Shown piece after piece: positions 19,016-28,884 of a stretch of 32,000 bases of DNA. Position 1 is the stretch's first letter. Every line of letters begins with the position of its first letter. Source of the DNA: Verrucomicrobiota bacterium (GTDB lineage: Bacteria; Verrucomicrobiota; Verrucomicrobiia; Chthoniobacterales; UBA6821); assembly GCA_008932965.1 (NCBI GenBank), contig WBXG01000002.1:1-32000 (forward strand), given 5' to 3'. Position numbers and translations under genes: made by a program. The notes beneath the pieces are model-generated. The model ran no database searches. It worked only from the letters and a program-made list of their open reading frames with translations, and was not told the DNA's origin.

Positions 19016-21007
19016 TTAAATTGCTTTAGATAATTTTGTTCTAAGTAATCGTAAACTATTTAACACGACAAGGAGTGTGCTTCCCTCATGAGCAGCTACA
19101 CCAATGGTGAGCGGAATAGGGAATAAAAATGCAGCGGTCATCATCACGATGACGGTTCCAAGAGCAATAGTAATATTTTGATAGATAATGGTACGTGCTT
19201 GTTGACTGAGCATGCGAGCAAGGAGAAAATTTTCTATACGATCGTTCATCAGGACAATTTCAGCCTGCTCTAGTGCTGCATCAGAGCCACGCGCTCCCAT
19301 AGCAACTCCAACATCTGCTGCTGCAAGAGAGGGAGCATCATTGACCCCATCTCCAATCATGGCGACACGACAACGGCCACCTTGCTTGAGACGTTCAATC
19401 GCAGTGACTTTTTCTGCTGGGGAAAGCTCTGAGAGGATTTCATCAATACCGACTTTTTCTCCGGTCATAGCAGCAGCATCATGGTGATCACCAGTTAACA
19501 TCACCGTGTGGAGACCATCACGATGTAGTTTTTCCAAGGTAATAGCCGCTTCATTCCGAATTTCATCAGTAAAGATCATCCGTCCTAACAGATCACTGCC
19601 TGCTATCCATACGACTGCACCACTCCCTGTGTTGTGGGAATGGAGAGACGACGTTGGAAGGAAAGATAAATTCCAGTGTTGGCTAAACTGCTCAATAAAA
19701 CGGAAACTTCCCATCACGTAAGGAGTATTATCAATAGTGGCTTTCACTCCGAGACCTAAAAGTGTTTCAAAATTGTTAACCTCATATGCTGATACATTCC
19801 AAGAACCAGCCGTCCTTCGAATCGCACGTGAGAGCGGATGCTCGGAGAGACGGGCTAGATTGAAGGCAATTTCCTGGAGCTTATTTTTATCACCGTGAAG
19901 GCATTGAAAATCTGAGAGGATGAGGTTTCCCGAAGTGATTGTTCCAGTTTTATCAAGAGCTACAACAGTGACTTGAGCTAATGTTTCAATAGCTGCTCCA
20001 CCACGGTAGAGAATCCCTTGCCGTGCTCCACTTGCAATGGCAGAAAGGATGGCAGAGGGTACTGAAAGAACGAGGGCACAAGGAGAGGCAACGACGAGTA
20101 GTGTCATTGTGCGATAAAAAGCACTTGTAACATTTGGGGTTGAGAAAAAAACAGGTCTATGTAACAAAAGCCACCAGACAAAAAACATGATGGTACAGAG
20201 GGTTAAGATAAGAAGGGTGTACCCTGTTCCAAAACGGTCTGTAAATCGCTGAGAAGGAGCTTTGAGTTGCTGTGCTTCTTGAATGAGGCGAATAATTTTT
20301 TGCAGAGAACTTTCGCTGGCAGGACGCAAGACGCGCCCCTCGAGAACTCCCCAGAGGTTGATGGTGCCTGAAAGAGCTAGATCTCCCCGTGTTTTTTTTA
20401 CCGGTAAGGCTTCACCAGTAAGGTTGGATTCATCGCAGGCGCTCTCCCCCTTCATAATCTCTAAGTCAGCAGGGATCTGTTCTCCTGTGGTAACGAGCAC
20501 TCTCATTCCTGGCATCAAAGCCTCAACTGGAAGTTGCTCCTCTTGACCGTCATGGAGTACACGTGCTGTTTTAGGAGCTCCGCGAAATAGGGCTCCAATG
20601 GCTTTCTTGGTCCGCCCCATTGCAAAGTGCTCCATTGCTCCAGAAGCAGAAAAGAGGAAAAGGAGTAGAGCTCCTTCACGCCAGGCACCAATAGAAGCGG
20701 CTCCAGCAGCTACCGCAATCATCAAAAACTGAATATCGAGTTCTCCTTTTTTTAGATGATCCCATGCCTCACCCGTAGCCTTCCATCCTCCGGTCAAGTA
20801 GGCCAGGAGGTAGAGCCCAAGGGTCATTGAGGGTTCATGCCAGTAAAAATCTGAAAGTAGTCCAAAGAGTCCAAAAACAAAACAGGCACCAGCTAAAAAA
20901 AACATCAAGGGCCATTCTTCAGCTTCGCTTTGAGTAGCTGGAGTGTGACATGCACAAGATTGGAACGATTTGCCACAACGCTGATAGAATTTTTTGAAAG
21001 AAGACAT
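19016..21007 (-). CDS. Heavy-metal P-type ATPase, P1B-4-like (SPC / HEGST signatures)
   Basis: DKTGT, TGDH, GDGVNDAP, TM motif VVASPCAL and HEGSTLLVVLNSLRLL. The N-terminus MSSFKKFYQRCGKSFQSCACH is short, with no HMA domain. An alternative upstream start is at 21064. Confidence 0.85.
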   Translation of the reverse strand: MSSFKKFYQRCGKSFQSCACHTPATQSEAEEWPLMFFLAGACFVFGLFGLLSDFYWHEPSMTLGLYLLAYLTGGWKATGEAWDHLKKGELDIQFLMIAVAAGAASIGAWREGALLLFLFSASGAMEHFAMGRTKKAIGALFRGAPKTARVLHDGQEEQLPVEALMPGMRVLVTTGEQIPADLEIMKGESACDESNLTGEALPVKKTRGDLALSGTINLWGVLEGRVLRPASESSLQKIIRLIQEAQQLKAPSQRFTDRFGTGYTLLILTLCTIMFFVWWLLLHRPVFFSTPNVTSAFYRTMTLLVVASPCALVLSVPSAILSAIASGARQGILYRGGAAIETLAQVTVVALDKTGTITSGNLILSDFQCLHGDKNKLQEIAFNLARLSEHPLSRAIRRTAGSWNVSAYEVNNFETLLGLGVKATIDNTPYVMGSFRFIEQFSQHWNLSFLPTSSLHSHNTGSGAVVWIAGSDLLGRMIFTDEIRNEAAITLEKLHRDGLHTVMLTGDHHDAAAMTGEKVGIDEILSELSPAEKVTAIERLKQGGRCRVAMIGDGVNDAPSLAAADVGVAMGARGSDAALEQAEIVLMNDRIENFLLARMLSQQARTIIYQNITIALGTVIVMMTAAFLFPIPLTIGVAAHEGSTLLVVLNSLRLLRTKLSKAI

Positions 21008-21205
21008 AGCCACAAAAAACAAGAGATGAGAAAAATTAGCCCCAAGAGAACGCAAAGAACACAAAAAAGAGAAATGTTAGCATGGGAGCAAAAGGAGCTA
21101 TGGGAAGATTTATTGAAATCCTGCAGCTCCTAATAACAGTAATACTCTTCCTCCACAAAAAGAAGAGGCTCAAAACTAAACAGTTGGAGCATTGATGAAG
21201 CGTTA

Positions 21206-21475
21206 ACCCGAATATTTCATACTGATCTACTATGGAAGCCGGGAAGTCAGATGGATGCTGCGTTAGACTCCCCTTTTGACTTGGGCGGTGGGGACTCTTA
21301 CAGTCTTGCGTTAAAATACGTGTATGCGTTGTCTTGCTCGCTCCCACTCGTCTCGCTCTTTCAGGACTTCCTAAAGGCTGTCTCCCGGCAGTCTCCCTCG
21401 CGGTTCCCCGACCGCCGGTGGTTCCCCATCAGCCTTCGCAGCTCCCTCGTCACGATCAGTATAAAACATCTGGGC
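21206..21475 (+). mobile_element. Family-A MITE-like element, long variant (270 bp)
   Basis: The ends are shared with other A copies: acccgaatatttcatactgatctac... and ...ccccatcagccttcgcagctccctcgtcacgatcagtataaaacatctgggc. The ~135-bp core is different. TA lies on both flanks (21204-5, 21476-7). Confidence 0.85.
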
Positions 21476-21556
21476 TAACTTCCAGTCAGCCATTAGTTCT
21501 TTATTATGAATCTCTATCTAGGCCTCGACCATCTTTGGTTGCCTGCTTGATAGTTA

Positions 21557-21735
21557 ACCCGGATATTTCACACTAATCTACTGCGGAGGACGGGAAGCAA
21601 GGGTGGATGCTGCGTTAGGCTCACATTTTGATTTGGGCAGTATGTACACATACAGCCCTGCATCAAAATGCTCGCCTGCCTTACCCCATCAGCCTTCGCG
21701 GCCTCCTCGTCACGATCAGTATGAAATATGCGGGT
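21557..21735 (+). mobile_element. Family-A MITE-like element, full length (179 bp)
   Basis: acccggatatttcacac ... gtatgaaatatgcgggt with TA on both flanks (21555-6, 21736-7). Its 3' 113 nt are near-identical to bases 1-113. Confidence 0.9.
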
Positions 21736-21860
21736 TAAGCTTGGAAGATAGAACACTCTTCAATTAAAAATACAGCTTCATCATCTTAATAAAGCAGATG
21801 AAGATGGGGCAAGTGATGTCACCCATTATCATAAAAAATATTTACGCTTTTGAAATGAGA

Positions 21861-23111
21861 TTACCCCTCCCAAAGTTTTTTCAGTGGTAGAGCTAAGAAT
21901 CGCTTGTCTGATAAGGGAAAGGTAGTATTACCGTTGTGAAAAACAAGACCACCTTGGAAATTTTTTCCACAGCGACTAGCAAGACGTCGTAATCCTTGAC
22001 CATCGTGCTCGTTAATAGAAGCCGCCGCCTTGACTTCAATGCCCCATGTCTCTTCTCCGCGCGTGATGACAAGATCGACTTCAACTTTGTCATGATCACG
22101 GTAGTGCCAAAATCGTAATTCAGGATCAGTCCAACCAGCCTGCGCGATGAGTTGCTGCACAACAAAAGATTCAAGCAAATGACCAAAGCGTTCCCGTTGT
22201 GAAATCCAATCCGTGGCTTTGAGCCCAGCAAGCGCTGCTGCCAAGCCCGTGTCGAGAAAATGAAGCTTGGGATTTTTGATGAGGCGTTTTCCATTGTTGG
22301 GATGCCATGGGTGGAGAAAACGAATTAAAAAAATCTTTTCTAAAATGGAGAGATAATGCTCTACGGTTTTACGATCAATTCGGAGAGCGTTGCTCAGACT
22401 TGTGGTGTTGATGAGTTGTGCTGTTGAAAAGGAAAGGAGTCGCAGGAGGGTGATGACTTGATGTGCATCACGGATTTTGGCGACATCATGAATATCGCGC
22501 TCGATAATGGATTTGAGATAATTATGATACCATTGACGTGCTCGAATCGGAGATCGCTTGAGTGGCTCTGGGTAGCCTCCGGCAACAAGTCGCTCTTGGA
22601 GAGAGGGAGAAGACTCTTTTGTGTCAGAGCCTTCAATGCGTGGCTTGATTTTGTTAGCTAAAAAATCTTTCAAAAATTTTCCTGGGTGGTGTTCTTTTTC
22701 AGCTTCGCTGAAGGGATGTAGCTGCAGCACTTCCATGCGGCCTGCAAGCGAATCGCTGAGCTGAGGCAGTAGCAGTAAGTTTGCAGAACCTGTAAGAATA
22801 AAACGTCCTGGGCGACGGTCATTGTCGACCGAAGTTTTGATGGCGCGAAGTAAGCGAGGGGCCCGTTGTACTTCATCTAAAATAACTCGTTCTGGAAGAT
22901 TTTTTACAAAGCCAGCAGGATCTTGGAGTGCCGTTAAAAGAATTTCTTCTTGATCTAAGTTGAGATAGGTATGTTTTGCAAATGCGGTGCGAACCAAGGT
23001 GCTCTTTCCGCATTGACGAGGTCCTAGAAGACAAATCACAGGAGTGTCCTTCATGGCCACTTTAATACTACCTGTAAGAGGTCTCGGGTAGTAGGAAGAG
23101 GTATTTTCCAT
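21861..23111 (-). CDS. AAA-family ATPase with C-terminal DUF4143-like domain
   Basis: 416 aa with Walker A GPRQCGKST and Walker B VILDEVQ. The overall layout is typical of the widespread AAA_14 + DUF4143 ATP-binding proteins. Confidence 0.75.
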   Translation of the reverse strand: MENTSSYYPRPLTGSIKVAMKDTPVICLLGPRQCGKSTLVRTAFAKHTYLNLDQEEILLTALQDPAGFVKNLPERVILDEVQRAPRLLRAIKTSVDNDRRPGRFILTGSANLLLLPQLSDSLAGRMEVLQLHPFSEAEKEHHPGKFLKDFLANKIKPRIEGSDTKESSPSLQERLVAGGYPEPLKRSPIRARQWYHNYLKSIIERDIHDVAKIRDAHQVITLLRLLSFSTAQLINTTSLSNALRIDRKTVEHYLSILEKIFLIRFLHPWHPNNGKRLIKNPKLHFLDTGLAAALAGLKATDWISQRERFGHLLESFVVQQLIAQAGWTDPELRFWHYRDHDKVEVDLVITRGEETWGIEVKAAASINEHDGQGLRRLASRCGKNFQGGLVFHNGNTTFPLSDKRFLALPLKKLWEG

Positions 23112-23123
23112 AGAGAGGATATC

Positions 23124-23210
23124 GGGCGTTTGGGGAATTGAGGTGCGGGCGTTTGGGGAATTGAGGTGCGGGCGTTTGGGGAATTGAAGTGCGGGCGTTT
23201 GGGGAATTGT
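23124..23210. repeat. Tandem direct repeat, 23 bp x ~3.8
   Basis: gggcgtttggggaattgaggtgc at 23124-46 and 23147-69 (identical). 23170-92 has 1 mismatch, and 23193-210 is a truncated unit. The array starts 13 nt upstream of the AAA ATPase start codon. Confidence 0.9.
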
Positions 23211-23252
23211 AAGGCTGCTATTTGGGGGATAGCAATAACGAATTTAGGATTA

Positions 23253-23432
23253 GCCCGCATATTTCATACTGAAGTGTCATGAGGCGCCGTGCAAAGGTTA
23301 TTAGTACAAGGCGGGCGAAGGATTGGGATGCCGGGCTGTATGTTTCATACTGTCCAAATCACAATTCGAGACCAACACAGTAATGATGAACTTTCCACAA
23401 GCCGTAATAGATTTAGTGTGAAATATGCGGGC
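23253..23432 (-). mobile_element. Family-A MITE-like element, divergent subfamily, inverted orientation (180 bp)
   Basis: Termini gcccgcatatttcatac ... gtgtgaaatatgcgggc with TA flanks (23251-2, 23433-4). Its reverse complement aligns with the other A copies. The first 64 bp are homologous to the short element at 28814-28877. Confidence 0.8.
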
Positions 23433-23484
23433 TAGTCCAGAAAGCACTTTTTTTCTGGAGGTCTATCTGTTTTCCTTTTCAATC

Positions 23485-23958
23485 ATGGAAAATTTTATCA
23501 CTAATAACCAACTAGCTGCACTGGGGGAAAAATATCGTCATGAGGGAAAGCGTCTCGTGTTAACCAATGGCTGCTTTGACCTGCTTCACACTGGCCATGT
23601 CCGCTATCTGGAACAGGCCCGGCAGTTAGGGGATGTGCTGCTTATTGCAGTCAATAGCGACCGTTCGGTGCGCGAACTCAAAGGGCCGACACGTCCGTTA
23701 AATAATGAACACGATCGTGCTGAGGTTCTCGCTGCATTACGCTGTGTCGATTATGTGACTATTTTTGATGAATTACGGGTGAGTGATGTGATTCAAAAGC
23801 TAAAGCCCGCCATTTATGCAAAAGGGGGTGACTATACCCCAGAAACGCTTGATCTAGAGGAGAGAGAGGTGTTAGAGGAGTGCGACACGGTTATAGAGAT
23901 TCTACCTTTAGTCCAGGATCGCTCTACAACTCGATTAATAGAGAGCTTGAGGAGTTAA
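23485..23958 (+). CDS. Cytidylyltransferase-like protein, D-glycero-beta-D-manno-heptose-1-phosphate adenylyltransferase type (HldE domain II / RfaE2-like)
   Basis: About 157 aa from ATG 23485 (MENFITNN). NGCFDLLHTGHVRYLEQAR (HxGH nucleotidyltransferase motif), AVNSD, KGGDY. The track start 23425 lies inside the MITE terminus. Confidence 0.75.
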   Translation: MENFITNNQLAALGEKYRHEGKRLVLTNGCFDLLHTGHVRYLEQARQLGDVLLIAVNSDRSVRELKGPTRPLNNEHDRAEVLAALRCVDYVTIFDELRVSDVIQKLKPAIYAKGGDYTPETLDLEEREVLEECDTVIEILPLVQDRSTTRLIESLRS

Positions 23959-24002
23959 TACCCGCTTCCATTGCACGTGGTGAGTAATCCAGCCTCCCTA
24001 TT

Positions 24003-25163
24003 TTATCTATTTTTTAAGTAAAGTTCCTTAAGGGGTGTGTAGGCAGGTCTGGGATGGCGGTCAATATCAACAATCCCCCACCATTCTTCATTAAAAACGT
24101 AATCAGGATAGGGGCCTTCTCCTGGTGCTACTATTCCTCCATTATCGTGTGTTAGTGGGGATCCATTGGGATCTTTCCACCATTCATCATTCCATTCAAA
24201 AATACAGCCTCCAATTAAGACATTTTTCGGATTCACGGCAGACAAATTATTTAATATTTCGGTAATAAGGCAGCGAGTAGCGATTTCCTGAGAGGCATCA
24301 TCTTCGGCATTAATTAAAGTATTAAACGCATCTGCTCCACATTCTCCGATGTAGAGTGGCTTTGTCATATGGCTGGCCCATTGATCAAGTCTATTACCAA
24401 AGCTCAATCCATGATAAATATTAATACCAAAAAGATCGACTGAATCGAGCTGAGCTAGTTGAGCTAAATGGGATCTATTTTTTAAAACTCTCGCAGAAAC
24501 ACCTGTGCTCACAGGATGCCTTTTATCAAGCAGTTTGATGTAAGTAGCACTGTTTTTCACGAGTTTCAAAGAATCCTGAAATCCAAGGCCCTGTGGATGT
24601 TTTAGATCCATTTTCTTACTATAAAAAAAGTTGATATCCCATTCATTTCCAATTTCCCAAATGAGAGTAGAGGGATGGTTTTTTAAAAGTGTTATAGTGG
24701 AACTCAGGTTTTGAAAGGAAGTTTGATGACTGCTTAGAACTGGAACAATCGTTCGTAGTTGATATTTCGTGAGTAGTTTGAGGATGCGTGAATCAATGAT
24801 TGGAAAGTAAGTTCGAATCGTGTTGATACCTGCAGCGTGCATCATTTGAAAATCATGTTGAATAACCGCTAAGTCTTTTACAGTAGGGTTATTGATCATG
24901 AGGTCCTCTGGAAAGTTTCCCCCTTTGCGGACAGGGCTATAACAGATTCCCTTCATAATAAAAGGTTCTCCATGAACTAGCAGTTGCCTTCCAGAAATAA
25001 ATACACCCTCCTTAGAAGAGAAACTGGTCGCTTTTGCAGAATTCTTTAATGGAGCTAAAGAGGAGTTTTTTTGAGAAGGAGAAGAAAGTGGAAAAGAAGA
25101 GCCTATTCCAGATGAAATAATTATCACTAGTGAGACAAGTAAGAACAGTTTTAATCGCTTCAT
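24003..25163 (-). CDS. Secreted glycoside hydrolase, clan GH-A (beta/alpha)8-barrel type
   Basis: 386 aa with an N-terminal signal-like MKRLKLFLLVSLVIIISSG. WEIGNEW is a candidate acid/base Asn-Glu and YIGECGAD a candidate nucleophile Glu. The GH family is not assignable by eye. Confidence 0.5.
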   Translation of the reverse strand: MKRLKLFLLVSLVIIISSGIGSSFPLSSPSQKNSSLAPLKNSAKATSFSSKEGVFISGRQLLVHGEPFIMKGICYSPVRKGGNFPEDLMINNPTVKDLAVIQHDFQMMHAAGINTIRTYFPIIDSRILKLLTKYQLRTIVPVLSSHQTSFQNLSSTITLLKNHPSTLIWEIGNEWDINFFYSKKMDLKHPQGLGFQDSLKLVKNSATYIKLLDKRHPVSTGVSARVLKNRSHLAQLAQLDSVDLFGINIYHGLSFGNRLDQWASHMTKPLYIGECGADAFNTLINAEDDASQEIATRCLITEILNNLSAVNPKNVLIGGCIFEWNDEWWKDPNGSPLTHDNGGIVAPGEGPYPDYVFNEEWWGIVDIDRHPRPAYTPLKELYLKNR

Positions 25164-25224
25164 AATGCGTCAAAATATTACTTAAAATAGCCGTGCTAGG
25201 CTACAACGAATTGGTAGAGCCCTA

Positions 25225-25384
25225 ACCCGCATATTTCATACTGATTCTGCTGCGGCTTGCGAATACCTGATGGATACTGCGTCAGCTTCGAATTGCTCCT
25301 CGGGCAGTATGAAACATACAGCCGTCGTCCCAATCTATCAGCCTTCGCGGCCTCCTCGTCACGATCAGTGTAAAATATCCGAAC
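25225..25384 (+). mobile_element. Family-A MITE-like element (160 bp)
   Basis: acccgcatatttcatactgat ... cgtcacgatcagtgtaaaatatccgaac with TA flanks (25223-4, 25385-6). Confidence 0.85.
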
Positions 25385-25459
25385 TAGATTTTTTTTGTTT
25401 GAAAACAAACTTGATGCTTGACTCCTCAACTCCTACTCTCATGGAACATTTTTTCAAAT

Positions 25460-26071
25460 ATGCCTGCTGAAACATCTTCCATCACTCCCCCTTCTTTATT
25501 CATGCTGTGGGAACAACATCGTTCAAAAATAATGATAGCATTACTTGTGGCGATGGGTCTGTTTTTTATTGTTGGAGTTCTTTTTTTCTGGAAACGCTCA
25601 GAGCGTCTTGCTGCAGAGAGCCTGTTGTCGAGTGTCAGTGGAGTAGAGGGATGGCAAAAAGTAGTTCATCGTTATCCCCACTCTGGAGCTGCTGCTAATG
25701 CCTTGTTGCTTTTAGCAGGAGCTCAAGCACACAATCATCATTTTGAAGAATCCAGTAAAACGTATGATCAATTTTTGAAGTCCTTTTCACATAATCCCCT
25801 GGCCATTTCTGCCTATTTAGGAAAAGCCATGAATGAAGATGCGATGGGGCATGCAGATTGGGCGATCCAAGACCTTCAAAAAGCAGTGGGGACCTATCCC
25901 AAATCCTATGCTGCTCCTGAGGCATTGCTGCTAGAGGCTCGGATCATGGCTCGGTTGGGTAAAAAAGAAGAAGCCAAACGTTTGCTGCAGATGATTGCAA
26001 CCCAGTATCCTGATTCCCTAGTAAACACTATTGTTCTCAAACAACGCGTGGTCAGTCCTAGCCCCCAATAA
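25460..26071 (+). CDS. Membrane-anchored TPR-like protein (YfgM/YbgF-like architecture)
   Basis: One N-terminal TM helix (IMIALLVAMGLFFIVGVLFFW) followed by helical repeat-like sequence (AANALLLLAGAQ..., AYLGKAM..., EALLLEARIMARLGKKEEAKRLL). The likely start is ATG 25460. Confidence 0.5.
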   Translation: MPAETSSITPPSLFMLWEQHRSKIMIALLVAMGLFFIVGVLFFWKRSERLAAESLLSSVSGVEGWQKVVHRYPHSGAAANALLLLAGAQAHNHHFEESSKTYDQFLKSFSHNPLAISAYLGKAMNEDAMGHADWAIQDLQKAVGTYPKSYAAPEALLLEARIMARLGKKEEAKRLLQMIATQYPDSLVNTIVLKQRVVSPSPQ

Positions 26072-26143
26072 AAAAGCGTTGATACCCCCCGTGCTGTTCA
26101 CTAGAATAGAACATTCGTTTAGATCCCTTTTGAGAGTTTTCCC

Positions 26144-28778
<2,635 letters not shown>

Positions 28779-28813
28779 TCTTTCTCTTGGACCCTCTCTT
28801 CTAGAGCAGGTTA

Positions 28814-28877
28814 ACCCGCCTTGTACTAATGAGCTTTGCACGGCGCCTCGAGACGAACCAGTATGAAATATGCGGGC
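28814..28877 (+). mobile_element. Family-A-related short element (64 bp)
   Basis: acccgccttgtactaatgagctttgcacggcgcctcgagacgaaccagtatgaaatatgcgggc with TA flanks (28812-3, 28878-9). It is homologous to the reverse complement of 23253-23316. Confidence 0.8.
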
Positions 28878-28884
28878 TAGAGAG

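Noticed and set aside
19212-20546. Antisense ORFs within the P-type ATPase gene (19212-19487, 19506-19721, 20283-20546) and similar ones inside lysA, ligA, trp genes, gyrB, nadB and panC
   Set aside because: They are opposite-strand or out-of-frame ORFs inside well-supported conserved genes. Their products are low-complexity (Ser/Arg/Pro-rich) with no motifs. They are typical shadow ORFs.
23124-23210. Possible CRISPR array
   Set aside because: The 23-bp units are directly adjacent with no spacers, there are only about 4 units, and no cas genes are present. This is a simple tandem repeat.
19016-23958. Elevated G+C suggesting horizontal transfer of the ATPase / AAA ATPase / adenylyltransferase block
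   Set aside because: Hand counts of a few 60-nt lines gave about 48-60% G+C here. Similar values also occur in conserved parts of ligA, trpD and trpB, while other lines in the same genes gave 37-45%. The sample is too small and variable, so a sliding-window G+C and codon-usage computation is needed before claiming an island.
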